A stretch of 64,000 bases of DNA from a virus. Its lineage: Duplodnaviria > Caudoviricetes. The notes beneath the pieces are model-generated. The model was given only the letters and a program-made list of their open reading frames with translations. It had not been told where the DNA came from and searched no databases. The stretch covers positions 96,001-160,000 of the IMG/VR virus record IMGVR_UViG_3300026085_000093; one strand, written 5' to 3'. Shown here piece by piece: positions 1 through 9,729 of this stretch (position 1 is its first letter; the number at the start of each line of letters is the position of its first letter). The position numbers were made by a program, and so were the translations under genes.

Positions 1-1563
1 AGCAACATCATTCCATTCTTTACGTTCTACTAGATGTCTGTGTTCTATTTCTTTTTTACTTACAGGTTTATGAATACTACATAGATATGCACCAGTGCGC
101 AAGTCTTTATCTTCTACTTTATGTACAAAACTATGATTTTGTTTTCTATCAATTTGCTCATGATGACTGATATAAAAACTATTAACAAACGTTTCATCAA
201 GTGCAATATTATTTGTACTGAACCAAAACAATTCTGTTGTTGTATTATCTAATGCTTGTAGATATTGTTCATACGTATCAATATTAAACACATCAAAGGG
301 TTTAGGTGTACTTGCTACAATGTCCCATTCTTTTTTGTTTGCATAGAATCTATAATCAACTTCACGTTGTGATACCGGCGACTGCTTACTAAAAAGCATA
401 ATGCCATCATATGTATCATTATTTAAAAATGCATGATTAACACTACGGTCATATGTATTAGAATGTTCAAAGTATAAATCAAATTTAAAATCATCAGCAA
501 CGTCTACATCTTTAGGAATACCCCAAAACATTTCTGTGGTGCTTGAATTTAATGCTGTTACATAGTCTTGATAACTGTCTATAGGAAACTTATCATATTG
601 TATAGGTTTACTTGCCACTACATCCCATGGTTTGTGATTTACAATAAATCTATGCTCAATTTCTCTTTGCGACACTGGTGCATGTTTTGAAAATAAAAAT
701 ACACCATTGTATAAATCATCATTATCTACACGATGTATAAATGCATGATTTGTTTTTCTATCATATTCATTGTCATGTGTAAAATAAGTATCAAATGCAA
801 AACCGCTTGTATCAATATTAGCACTTGTTCCCCAAAACATTTCTGTCTTTGAATTTTCAAGTGCATGTTGATAGTCTTCCCAACTATCAATTACAAATTT
901 ATTATATTTTACGGGTCCACTTGCTACAATGTTCCATTCTTTTCTGTTTACAATAAAACGATGTTCAATTTCTTTTTTTGTTAAAATTCTTGCTTTTGTC
1001 AACAGTGCTACTCCATTGTATAACTTTTGTCCATTTACTTCGTGGACGAACACATGATTTGTTTCTTTGTCATATATGTTATCATGTGCAAAATGTAAAT
1101 CAAAGTCAAAGTCTTCCTTTAATTCTAAGTTATGCGATAATGCCCAAAACATTGCAGTGTTTGACGACTCCAGTGCGTCTTTATAATCATTGTATGTTTC
1201 AATATAAAACTTATCATACGGTTTTGGTACGCTAACTTGTACTTCTACTTGTTTTTGTTTATTATAACATCTTTTTCCAATTTCGTCTAGAGTAATTTCA
1301 TTATTTTTAGGAATCAAACACACACCGTCATATTCAGTATCATTAAGAAACACATGATTGTAATGCCTACTCCAATCATCAGGTTCATAGTCAAATGTAA
1401 AATTTTCTACTATACTTACATCATCAGGAACTACCCAAAAAAAGTCTGTTAAGGATTGACTTTGGGCAGTTAAAAAATTAGGTGCATATTTTGCTGTAAC
1501 AAAATTTGCTTTTAGATATTCATAAGTGTCATTCTTTACACCAATAAAAAAGATATCATACAT
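1..1563 (-). CDS. Tandem-repeat protein (five ~100-aa units), possibly glycosyltransferase-related; 3' end runs off the window
   Basis: Not in the ORF track. My translation starts at ATG 1563 (TAATG overlap with the upstream stop): MYDIFFIGVKND...FFWVVPDD... and stays open to position 1. Recurring unit: YD.F.I..Y.DY..AL..S.T.MFW...NH.F...Y.GV.L..K......EI.HRF....KEW..VAS.P. Confidence 0.85.
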   Translation of the reverse strand, partial: MYDIFFIGVKNDTYEYLKANFVTAKYAPNFLTAQSQSLTDFFWVVPDDVSIVENFTFDYEPDDWSRHYNHVFLNDTEYDGVCLIPKNNEITLDEIGKRCYNKQKQVEVQVSVPKPYDKFYIETYNDYKDALESSNTAMFWALSHNLELKEDFDFDLHFAHDNIYDKETNHVFVHEVNGQKLYNGVALLTKARILTKKEIEHRFIVNRKEWNIVASGPVKYNKFVIDSWEDYQHALENSKTEMFWGTSANIDTSGFAFDTYFTHDNEYDRKTNHAFIHRVDNDDLYNGVFLFSKHAPVSQREIEHRFIVNHKPWDVVASKPIQYDKFPIDSYQDYVTALNSSTTEMFWGIPKDVDVADDFKFDLYFEHSNTYDRSVNHAFLNNDTYDGIMLFSKQSPVSQREVDYRFYANKKEWDIVASTPKPFDVFNIDTYEQYLQALDNTTTELFWFSTNNIALDETFVNSFYISHHEQIDRKQNHSFVHKVEDKDLRTGAYLCSIHKPVSKKEIEHRHLVERKEWNDVA

Positions 1564-3086
1564 TATAGATTTTTACATAATTTGTAGAAATCTTCCATTT
1601 CAGGAAATACTTCTACAAATTTTAAAAAGTTCCTTTCGTCATACTGATCAAAAAACCTTGCAAAGTTTTTTCTATCTAATTCTATTTTGTTTTGATCAAT
1701 GTCAACACGTTCACGCATTATAGCAAGATTACGTTCTAGTTTTGCAATTTCAAAATCATAGAATCCTGCAAAGTCGCTTACATCGCTATTTTTTTTCATA
1801 AAGTCAATTGCTTCTTCAAGATACTTGTCAAAGTCTGGTGTTAAAATTTGAATAGTTTGCCAGTCAGGATATCTAATTAGAGGTATATCAAACCAAATAC
1901 GCTGGCGAGGATGTATTTCGTAATCATTGTGTTTAGTGTAAGGGTCGTGTATAGGAATATATTGCACACCTTGATTACTTGCGCTAAAACGCTGTCTTAA
2001 TTTTAACACATATTCTAAATAGTCTTTTACTTTTGGCACAGACAAAGCATTAAAAGTATTAATAAACGTAACAGTTGTATTTTTTGTTTCTGTTAGAAAA
2101 CGCATAGTGTTACTTGTCATTGTATCCCACTTTAATCCGCCACGTATGTATTCTGCTTGTGAGCCTACGCTGTCAACTGAAATGAACAACGCAAAGTTTT
2201 TCAATGCCATGTTAACATACCAGTTGTTTCCACTACCCGGATTCCAACGATTTTTATCTTCCCAAATTTGTATCTCTTCAAGTTTTTTAACTTTAGATAA
2301 GAATCTATCCATAAGTTCTTCTTTAGGAGGACACATGTTTGTTGTAATACTTAATTCAAGCCATGTGTTTGGATTTTCATAGATGTATTCAAGTACACGA
2401 AATGTATTGATATCCATTAATGGCTCGCCGCCTGTAATACGAAACACTTCAAGTTTGTTATATAAACTAGGCCACCATTTCCAAAAAGCTTCGAGATATG
2501 GGTTTTCACTTTGCCGTATTTTTAAAGGCATAAGTCCCTTTTCTTGCAAATACTCTAAATTGTTATGTCCTGTTTCTTTGCCTTCTGCATCTAGTATTTT
2601 AAATTCGCCATGTTCTTTGATTTTTTCTTCCCATGTTGTACTTAGATGCGGAGAACAATACATACAAGAAAAATTACATGCTTGATTAAAATTAACTTCC
2701 ATATAGCGTGGATCTACGTCACCTGTATCTAGTGCATCGATAATATCACTTCTGCTATTCTGTGCCCAATATTCTCCGGAACGATATATTCTATCACTGC
2801 GGCCGCCTACGTCTTCAATCTTCCAACAATATGCACAACCTGCAGGACGCTCACCTTTAAGCATCATTGCACGTTCCTCTTTCTTTTGTGCAGTATTATG
2901 TAAGGCTTTAGGATTTGCTTTTACAGAATCAACATCCATATCATGCAATGGTGGATGATAGCAACTATGCGTTTTACCATTTGTAAGATGCATAGAAACC
3001 TGTGTCCATTTTGCATAACACATTGTCTTGCTGATATTCTTTAATTGCTTTTCTGCAATATCTGCAGACTGATTGTAATCGCTCAT
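1563..3086 (-). CDS. Radical SAM protein with N-terminal twitch (half-SPASM) Fe-S domain
   Basis: CxxxCxxC motif CNFSCMYC and ITGGEP. N-terminal Cys cluster CYAKW...HSCYH...GCAYCW. Paralog of 15925-17307. Confidence 0.85.
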   Translation of the reverse strand: MSDYNQSADIAEKQLKNISKTMCYAKWTQVSMHLTNGKTHSCYHPPLHDMDVDSVKANPKALHNTAQKKEERAMMLKGERPAGCAYCWKIEDVGGRSDRIYRSGEYWAQNSRSDIIDALDTGDVDPRYMEVNFNQACNFSCMYCSPHLSTTWEEKIKEHGEFKILDAEGKETGHNNLEYLQEKGLMPLKIRQSENPYLEAFWKWWPSLYNKLEVFRITGGEPLMDINTFRVLEYIYENPNTWLELSITTNMCPPKEELMDRFLSKVKKLEEIQIWEDKNRWNPGSGNNWYVNMALKNFALFISVDSVGSQAEYIRGGLKWDTMTSNTMRFLTETKNTTVTFINTFNALSVPKVKDYLEYVLKLRQRFSASNQGVQYIPIHDPYTKHNDYEIHPRQRIWFDIPLIRYPDWQTIQILTPDFDKYLEEAIDFMKKNSDVSDFAGFYDFEIAKLERNLAIMRERVDIDQNKIELDRKNFARFFDQYDERNFLKFVEVFPEMEDFYKLCKNL

Positions 3087-3105
3087 ACGAAATCCTTTTT
3101 ATAAA

Positions 3106-3996
3106 TTATACAGGATTTTTTGTAGTTGTCAAGCCATATGTTTCAGTAATAAAATCTGCAAGTTCTTTTGCCATTAACTTGTAGCCATCAATATTTGGAT
3201 GAATATCATTTGTTAGAAACTGTTTAGGATAATCTAAATTATGATATCTATCCCACCATTGTGATCTTTCATGTTCGCCTTGTAACCAATCATCTGCTTC
3301 TACTAGCAAATCTACAAATTGATCATAATGTCTATAATCGTGTATATATTTTGTCCAATCTATTTGTTCGTGCAAGCCGCCTGTTTTAGTTGTAAGGTCA
3401 TGTTTACCTCTATAATCAAATGCATTTGCAAGAACAAACTTAAATCCGTATGCTTTGCAAAAATTTTGAACTTCTAGAATACTGCAAAGCGTTTCCATAC
3501 TTGCGCAAGTTTCACTCCAACAGTGTATCGTATATGCTTTCCAAAATTTGTCAGAATCGTTTGGCCATACAGTGTTAAAGTTATAATGATGAGCACGTTT
3601 GTAAGGGTGTTCTCTATGCCTTGTAAAATGAGGCTCTTCATCAAAATGCATGTCTTGTCTAAAAAAATCAAAACGTTCGTATCCACTTAGCATAAACACA
3701 ATAATGCAGTCTTGCATTGAATCCCAATCTAAGTCTGTTAAGTATAAACACCTTGCTGCTGCTCTGTTACCTATACCTCGTTGACCTAAATTAATTGGTG
3801 TATAATCTGTAAAATGATCCCTTGCTAATACATTTACCCAACTGTTTTCCCATTCCATAGGAATAAGGTCCGTACTTTGATCCATAGGAAAATTCATCTT
3901 TCCTTTATGTTTCTTCCATGTTTCTTCTGTATAGCCGCCTTCGCCTTGTGTCCAACTACAACCTAAGCCAATAATTGCTTTATCTATAGTCTGCAT
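3106..3996 (-). CDS. SGNH/GDSL-like hydrolase or acyltransferase fold protein
   Basis: GCSWT (block I-like), NLGQRGIGN, DIHPN (block V DxH). Start moved to ATG 3996, which follows a GAGAGG Shine-Dalgarno. Confidence 0.6.
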   Translation of the reverse strand: MQTIDKAIIGLGCSWTQGEGGYTEETWKKHKGKMNFPMDQSTDLIPMEWENSWVNVLARDHFTDYTPINLGQRGIGNRAAARCLYLTDLDWDSMQDCIIVFMLSGYERFDFFRQDMHFDEEPHFTRHREHPYKRAHHYNFNTVWPNDSDKFWKAYTIHCWSETCASMETLCSILEVQNFCKAYGFKFVLANAFDYRGKHDLTTKTGGLHEQIDWTKYIHDYRHYDQFVDLLVEADDWLQGEHERSQWWDRYHNLDYPKQFLTNDIHPNIDGYKLMAKELADFITETYGLTTTKNPV

Positions 3997-5023
3997 ATTC
4001 ATCCTCTCTAACTGTATCCAGTGTAACACAATGAGGTCCACCGCTTAGTGTTCGACAATGTCTCATCTTTACATGCATAACATCAAACCCTGCATCTTCT
4101 AATGTTTTTGTTAAATTTATTTGATTTTCTTCAACAGCAACTAAGGATTCACTTAAACTTAAAATATTCATTCCTAGCCAAGGACTTGCAGGTGCCCAAT
4201 CATGCATAACCTGTGTTTCATGTGGTTCAGGTGCCCATATTTTTTCCCACTTGTCAAATATGTCAGGTAGTTGTTCTTCTTTTACTCTTTCAGGATTTAA
4301 TAATACTTTACCAGGTGCCAATGGCATAATACTTGTGTCTAAATGTACATATGCATACACGTTTTCTAACATATGCACTGTATACTTTTCACCAAGTGTG
4401 CTTTGTAGCCACCGTGCGCCCATTTTGTTTCCGCTGTTTGAAACAAGATATAATATATCTTTACCTATCTTTATACAGTTAGCAGCATCAAATGCCGGTT
4501 CATATTCAGTAAGTGTAGGAGCATTTAGATCCGATCTATCATAAAGTTTATCTGGTAATCTAGGCTTAGGTGCTGCAATCCATCTACTGCCATTTACAAA
4601 GTACTCTTTGAAAATACTTCTCATACCAAATGTTTCAAAGTATCTACTTCTAAGAGGCATAGGTGTTTCAATGAGCATATCGCCAATTGTAAGAACACTA
4701 TCACGTGGACAATAACTATAGTATGCATCACTAGACCAGTCAGGAGACATATGTGTAACTCCATGATTAAACTTTATAGGACGCATAACTTTTACACCAA
4801 TATCTTCAAGTTGTTTTTGAAATACATCTAAGTCTTCTATAGTTTCGTTTATCACATCTTCCGGATATTGCCCGCCTGGCATATTAGATAAATCATCTAT
4901 GTTAGCATAGTCAACACAATGTATATCTTTGTTTTTAATTCTAGGAACTTGAGCCCACTCTGCTCGACCTAAGATTACTTCTTTAAGTGTGCCCCATTCT
5001 GTGTTTGCGTTTATTTTACTCAT
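3980..5023 (-). CDS. Amidinotransferase (glycine / inosamine-phosphate amidinotransferase family)
   Basis: EWGTLKEVILG, CPRD, FDAAN, HLDT and GGPHCVTLD motifs (Asp/His/Cys triad of the StrB1/AGAT family). Probable start is ATG 5023, overlapping the upstream stop. Confidence 0.88.
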   Translation of the reverse strand: MSKINANTEWGTLKEVILGRAEWAQVPRIKNKDIHCVDYANIDDLSNMPGGQYPEDVINETIEDLDVFQKQLEDIGVKVMRPIKFNHGVTHMSPDWSSDAYYSYCPRDSVLTIGDMLIETPMPLRSRYFETFGMRSIFKEYFVNGSRWIAAPKPRLPDKLYDRSDLNAPTLTEYEPAFDAANCIKIGKDILYLVSNSGNKMGARWLQSTLGEKYTVHMLENVYAYVHLDTSIMPLAPGKVLLNPERVKEEQLPDIFDKWEKIWAPEPHETQVMHDWAPASPWLGMNILSLSESLVAVEENQINLTKTLEDAGFDVMHVKMRHCRTLSGGPHCVTLDTVREDEYADYR

Positions 5024-5666
5024 CTCTATACTCGTCAAATACTTTCTGTTTTCTTAAATCTTTGTATGTTGTACTAGAACCTGTATCAGGGTTATCTGGT
5101 CCTAATTCTTCAAAGAGTGTAATACCTCTTATGGCTTCTTCTGGAGTCATATACATATGATAACCTATACAACTATAATCGTCATCTTCATGTCTAACAT
5201 ATTTGTGACGTCCATCGTAAATCATAGGACGGCACCATTCTACAAAGTCTATGTCATCTGTTAGTATTACACCACCTTTACCTAATTTAAGTGTTTTTCT
5301 ATGATGAAAACTTACACAGTAATATGACTCAGGTATATACATTCCTTTACGGAATCTAGTTGCTCCGTCAACAATAGGAGTAGGATCTAAAAAATAATCG
5401 CCACTCCATTCTTTATCAATAAATTTAATTTTATTACCTGCATGAATACACTGCATCGGTGTGCTAGAATACGTATGTGCAGGCAATGTGATTGTTTGAC
5501 CTGTTACACCTAAGTATTTCATGCAAAGAAACATTGCATTACTACAACTATCAACACATACTGCATATTTAGATCCAGCATATTCTGCTAGTCTATCTTC
5601 AAATATTGTAACTGCATCCCAAGGATCGTTTAGTGTTACAGTTCTATCTTTCAGATGTAATATCAT
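5016..5666 (-). CDS. DegT/DnrJ/EryC1/StrS-family PLP aminotransferase, short form
   Basis: FEDRLAEYAGSKYAVCVDSCSNAMFL, VDGA, and SFHHRKTLKLGKGGVI (PLP lysine). About 216 aa from ATG 5666, so the usual C-terminal domain is missing. Confidence 0.8.
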   Translation of the reverse strand: MILHLKDRTVTLNDPWDAVTIFEDRLAEYAGSKYAVCVDSCSNAMFLCMKYLGVTGQTITLPAHTYSSTPMQCIHAGNKIKFIDKEWSGDYFLDPTPIVDGATRFRKGMYIPESYYCVSFHHRKTLKLGKGGVILTDDIDFVEWCRPMIYDGRHKYVRHEDDDYSCIGYHMYMTPEEAIRGITLFEELGPDNPDTGSSTTYKDLRKQKVFDEYRDE

Positions 5667-6384
5667 AGGGTTCGCCAGTTTCTTCATCAAACCAATACAA
5701 ACTACGATGAGGCAAATTCTCATCATCGTGTTTTGCATTGCTTACGTAGAAGAACAATCTAAATGCATTTCTTGTACGCCCTTCAGGACATGCTAGTGCA
5801 TCAGGAAACCCATGGAACCCTCTTTCATGGTGTCTCCAAATAATTGCTCTATTAAACATCGGTGCAACTTTTTGTACAGGACCTTTATTGTTGAAGTCAT
5901 TGAAATGTAAATGACCTCCCCATTCTTCTTCCCAATCTGATCCCAGATAAATTATCATACTCAACATACGATGTACTTTAATTGTATCATTCCAGTTAAA
6001 ATCTGTATGAATTGCTAATTTACATCCCGGATAACTTCTACTATAACCTGCACCTACAATATAAGGATCAGGAATAAGATCCTTAATACCAGTAAGTTTA
6101 ATCAACCAATTCATACCTGCTTGACTGTGCATTTGATTTGTAAAATTTTGTGCTACAGGTGCTACCTCTAAATTTGTAAGTTCACGCATATAACTACCGC
6201 GACGGGTAAATTCTTTCCAATGAAATTCTGGTACACTTTCGCACTCAAGTTCCATTGCTTTTGCCATTGATTCTGGCAAAAAATTATCTAATGTAATCAT
6301 AGGATATGGCGGTGTTCCTACAAATTCGTAATTTAATTTTTTAATGTTTGGATATGTTGTTTTAAGATGTGTTACTAGTTCCAT
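5644..6384 (-). CDS. 2OG-Fe(II) oxygenase (prolyl-hydroxylase-like)
   Basis: HTD...WEEEWGGHL...HGFP...R..FRLFFY gives the HxD...H facial triad plus the 2OG-binding Arg. Probable start ATG 6384. Confidence 0.82.
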   Translation of the reverse strand: MELVTHLKTTYPNIKKLNYEFVGTPPYPMITLDNFLPESMAKAMELECESVPEFHWKEFTRRGSYMRELTNLEVAPVAQNFTNQMHSQAGMNWLIKLTGIKDLIPDPYIVGAGYSRSYPGCKLAIHTDFNWNDTIKVHRMLSMIIYLGSDWEEEWGGHLHFNDFNNKGPVQKVAPMFNRAIIWRHHERGFHGFPDALACPEGRTRNAFRLFFYVSNAKHDDENLPHRSLYWFDEETGEPYDITSER

Positions 6385-6391
6385 GCAATAT

Positions 6392-7567
6392 TTAACTCCG
6401 TGTGTTACCGTAATGTACAACTTTGAATTCGTTTGAATCTCTAAGTTTTCTCCAAGGATCAACTACTGTAGACCCTAGCGGCCAATTAATTTCTTCTACA
6501 TATTGTTCCCAGTAACCTATTAGATATACATCTGCTTTAGGAAATACTGTATCGCCTGTGTTTATATCATAATAAGTTAAGGACCCTCCTAATTCTTCTA
6601 CATAATGTCCTACAAGCATACTACTACTACCTATAGTGTAATAAACACCTGGCTTGTAGGCTTTTCCTACAATACAAATATTATTTCCTTCTCTGAGCAA
6701 TCTTTGTGCCATTCGTTTGGCTTGTACTTCTCTTGCAGTCATAATACTATCAAACAAATCATATCCTAAATCTAATCGTTGTGCTAGATATCTTAAAGCA
6801 ATATTATCTCTAGGATGACAGGCACCTCCATCGCCCATGCCTGCTTTCATGTAGCCTGGCCCCATAATTCTATATGTGCTTTTTGCAAGGGCTTCCGTGA
6901 CCACATCAACATTAATATTACCACTTGTTTCGGCAACATCTTGAATCATATTTACTAAACTAAGTTTAGTGCTGATGAATGTATTGTAGAATATTTTTAT
7001 AGCTTCTGCTTCGTCCCACGTACCAATTTCATATCTAGGATTGTTTTGCATTATAGGCTTATAGAAATCAATCAACTCCTTTGCATCGTCAGTTGTACTG
7101 CCGTCTTCGGTGCCAATAATTACCATTTCAGGATTTACCATGTCCCACTTGATTGTACCCATTGCTATTAGGTAAGGATTGTAAACAAAACGTGCATTTT
7201 TTATCAGTTTGATAAATCTATTTCTAGTTGTACCAGGAAGCACTGTACTAATTAACACAACTAACTGTGACTTGTTTACATGCTTGTCAATTTTGCGTAA
7301 TACAGATTCAACAATACTATAGTCAAAATCTTTATTAGGTAAATGACTGGTAGGTGTTTCTCCTCCATAGTGTGCTTCATGGGGTGTAGGCACTGCAACA
7401 AAAATTATATCAGTATCTGTTACTGCGTCTTTAATAGTTTGACACATAGAAAAATTTGTAGGTGTTCTCTTTGCAACATCATAGCCTACAACATCATAAT
7501 GTGTAGCCATTACTTCGGCACAGTCTTGTCCTAACTTGCCGCAACCTATCATTGCTACTTTTTTCAT
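6392..7567 (-). CDS. ugd: UDP-glucose/GDP-mannose 6-dehydrogenase family protein
   Basis: GCGKLG Rossmann motif, AVPTP, STVLPGT, EAIKIFYNTFISTK, GDGGACHPRD (catalytic Cys), GKAYK. Confidence 0.9.
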   Translation of the reverse strand: MKKVAMIGCGKLGQDCAEVMATHYDVVGYDVAKRTPTNFSMCQTIKDAVTDTDIIFVAVPTPHEAHYGGETPTSHLPNKDFDYSIVESVLRKIDKHVNKSQLVVLISTVLPGTTRNRFIKLIKNARFVYNPYLIAMGTIKWDMVNPEMVIIGTEDGSTTDDAKELIDFYKPIMQNNPRYEIGTWDEAEAIKIFYNTFISTKLSLVNMIQDVAETSGNINVDVVTEALAKSTYRIMGPGYMKAGMGDGGACHPRDNIALRYLAQRLDLGYDLFDSIMTAREVQAKRMAQRLLREGNNICIVGKAYKPGVYYTIGSSSMLVGHYVEELGGSLTYYDINTGDTVFPKADVYLIGYWEQYVEEINWPLGSTVVDPWRKLRDSNEFKVVHYGNTRS

Positions 7568-9729
7568 AACTCTTTTCTCGCACGTTGTACTTGTTTTTTA
7601 AGATTTAAATAAAGATGCTGCCATTCCGGCAACGCCTGATCTTGTATTTCTGTATCAATTCTTGACCATTGATATTTTACTGCCTTGGGCATATGCAAAT
7701 CTTGTTTTAAAATTTCAAAAACATGATTGTGATTGTATTCTATTTTGTGATATAATTCATTATATTCCTGTACGTGTGTTTTGATAGTAGAAAAACTATT
7801 TTCACTATACTTTACCATTTCTTCAGCGTACATTGCAACACGTTTTTCTAAATCAGGCTCTTTATCAAAACTATAATCAAAAATTTCATCGTATCTTACA
7901 AATCCTAATTTGTCTAAATATTCATGAAATCCATATCCTCCGCACACTAAAAATAATTTTTTACTTAACAAGGGATATATCGTTTTTTCAGTTACAAAGA
8001 CAGTTTCCCAACATGCTTCAGAAACAAAATCACATAATGTATGCCAATATTCTTCAGGTAATTTGTATGAATCCATATCAAGACTAAAAGTATCATTTTC
8101 TAGTGTCATTTGTTTACCATCATGATATTTGTATGGAAAGTCTGGTCTTTCTTTGCCACCGTCAATCCATGTTACATATCCTGAGTCTTGTAAGTTATGT
8201 TTTTTGATGTTATCGATTAAATGACAACGATGCAAGTGTGCTCTATTTTGTAAACATATCCAAGGCCATTTAGCAATATTATCATCTATATTCCAAAAAT
8301 CTCTAACATCATTTGGTGTACCATAATCTTCATATGAATCCATTATAGTTTTTGTAGAGTAATGAAAAAAGAAAGTTGACCAGTGTAAACTTCTAATTTT
8401 GTTTATACCGCTTTCTTTTAATTTTTTTTGATAATAAGAATTTTTTTGACAACCACTGATAACAATAGTTTCTATTTCTGGATGTGCATTAACATACTCT
8501 ACATATTCTGGATCAAACCAAGGTTCCCATTCTGCACTTCCATCTATAACAACTTTAGTTGTATGAATTGTTTTTAGATCTTTTATAATTTGGGCAAAAT
8601 TAAAACCATCTCCGTTATCGTGAGCACACCAATAGTTGTACCAAAGATAATCTCTTCTTTCTTTTGTTCCTTGCGTTGAGATTTCTTTATCTTTAAATCT
8701 TCTTGCTAAGGTTATAAGTTCTCCTTCATCGCCTTCAAATATGCCTCCAGGAGTAGTTATTTCTATTATCCTATTTTTTACAGTCGAAGGCACATGTTCA
8801 AACTTAGAAATATATTTGTCAAATATGTGTTCTACATTTTTTTTCAATTTAGGCTTTAGTGTATCATACATGCCTTTTAAGTTGTGTTTGTTATCTACAA
8901 CATATTTTATATTTTTAACTATACCTTCTATACGTTCTTCGTCAGTTTTTAAATTGTCAAAACTATAATCAAAAACTTCGTCGTATATTTCAAAACCCAT
9001 TTCCATTAGTTTAGAATGAAAATATCTACTACCAACAGTTAAGAACGGAAGTTTACATAACATAGGTGTTGCTGTCTTTTCTGTAATCGTCATACCTTCT
9101 GTATAACTTTCGGTAGGAATATGTAAAAAACTGTAGATAAAGTCATCATTAAAATCAAAACTACATAATTTTTCAGTGAACCTATCACTTGTAGTTAATC
9201 TACTACCATCGTGCCATTTAAAGTATTGAGCAGGATCATCATTTCTATGAGTTTGATGATATGTTACTAATCCTTTATCTATTAAATTTTCTCTAGCAAG
9301 AACATCAATAAAAACATCTCTATGATGTCTTTCTCTGCCATTCATAGACAGGAAAGGATATTTCCAAATATCCCAAGTATGTTTATCTTCTAATATTAAA
9401 TCCTTATAGTGAAAATTATTGTTTAAAAGTTCTTGATGTGATCTTATAATAAAAAATTCAGGCCAAGTATCTGCTCTACCATGTTGTCGAAGACCTATTA
9501 CACGTAATTTTTTTTGTAACAAGGGCAAATCATTTAAACATGTAACAATAGTATATTTAATACCGTGTTTGTTTATATGTTTTACAGATTTTGGAGAAAG
9601 ATCAATTTCAAATTCGTGATACCACCAAAAGTAAATATGATCCCACACACGAGAGCAGATTTTATTTTCTAATTCTGCATTTCCATATTGCCATGCGTAA
9701 ATGTGTGCAACATTTTCTTGGTTACCCAT
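7564..9729 (-). CDS. Protein with two tandem GT10 (fucosyltransferase)-like domains
   Basis: Two copies of the motif [ST]E...[FI]TEKT..P......F...G...GF..YDE.FDYSFD (HIPTESYTEGMTITEKT and FVSEACWETVFVTEKT). The start codon is uncertain. Confidence 0.55.
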   Translation of the reverse strand: MGNQENVAHIYAWQYGNAELENKICSRVWDHIYFWWYHEFEIDLSPKSVKHINKHGIKYTIVTCLNDLPLLQKKLRVIGLRQHGRADTWPEFFIIRSHQELLNNNFHYKDLILEDKHTWDIWKYPFLSMNGRERHHRDVFIDVLARENLIDKGLVTYHQTHRNDDPAQYFKWHDGSRLTTSDRFTEKLCSFDFNDDFIYSFLHIPTESYTEGMTITEKTATPMLCKLPFLTVGSRYFHSKLMEMGFEIYDEVFDYSFDNLKTDEERIEGIVKNIKYVVDNKHNLKGMYDTLKPKLKKNVEHIFDKYISKFEHVPSTVKNRIIEITTPGGIFEGDEGELITLARRFKDKEISTQGTKERRDYLWYNYWCAHDNGDGFNFAQIIKDLKTIHTTKVVIDGSAEWEPWFDPEYVEYVNAHPEIETIVISGCQKNSYYQKKLKESGINKIRSLHWSTFFFHYSTKTIMDSYEDYGTPNDVRDFWNIDDNIAKWPWICLQNRAHLHRCHLIDNIKKHNLQDSGYVTWIDGGKERPDFPYKYHDGKQMTLENDTFSLDMDSYKLPEEYWHTLCDFVSEACWETVFVTEKTIYPLLSKKLFLVCGGYGFHEYLDKLGFVRYDEIFDYSFDKEPDLEKRVAMYAEEMVKYSENSFSTIKTHVQEYNELYHKIEYNHNHVFEILKQDLHMPKAVKYQWSRIDTEIQDQALPEWQHLYLNLKKQVQRARKEL

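Noticed and set aside
5016-5666. Pseudogene call for the short DegT aminotransferase
   Set aside because: There is no frameshift remnant, the PLP lysine is intact, and the gene is coupled to both neighbours. It is more likely a naturally compact form.
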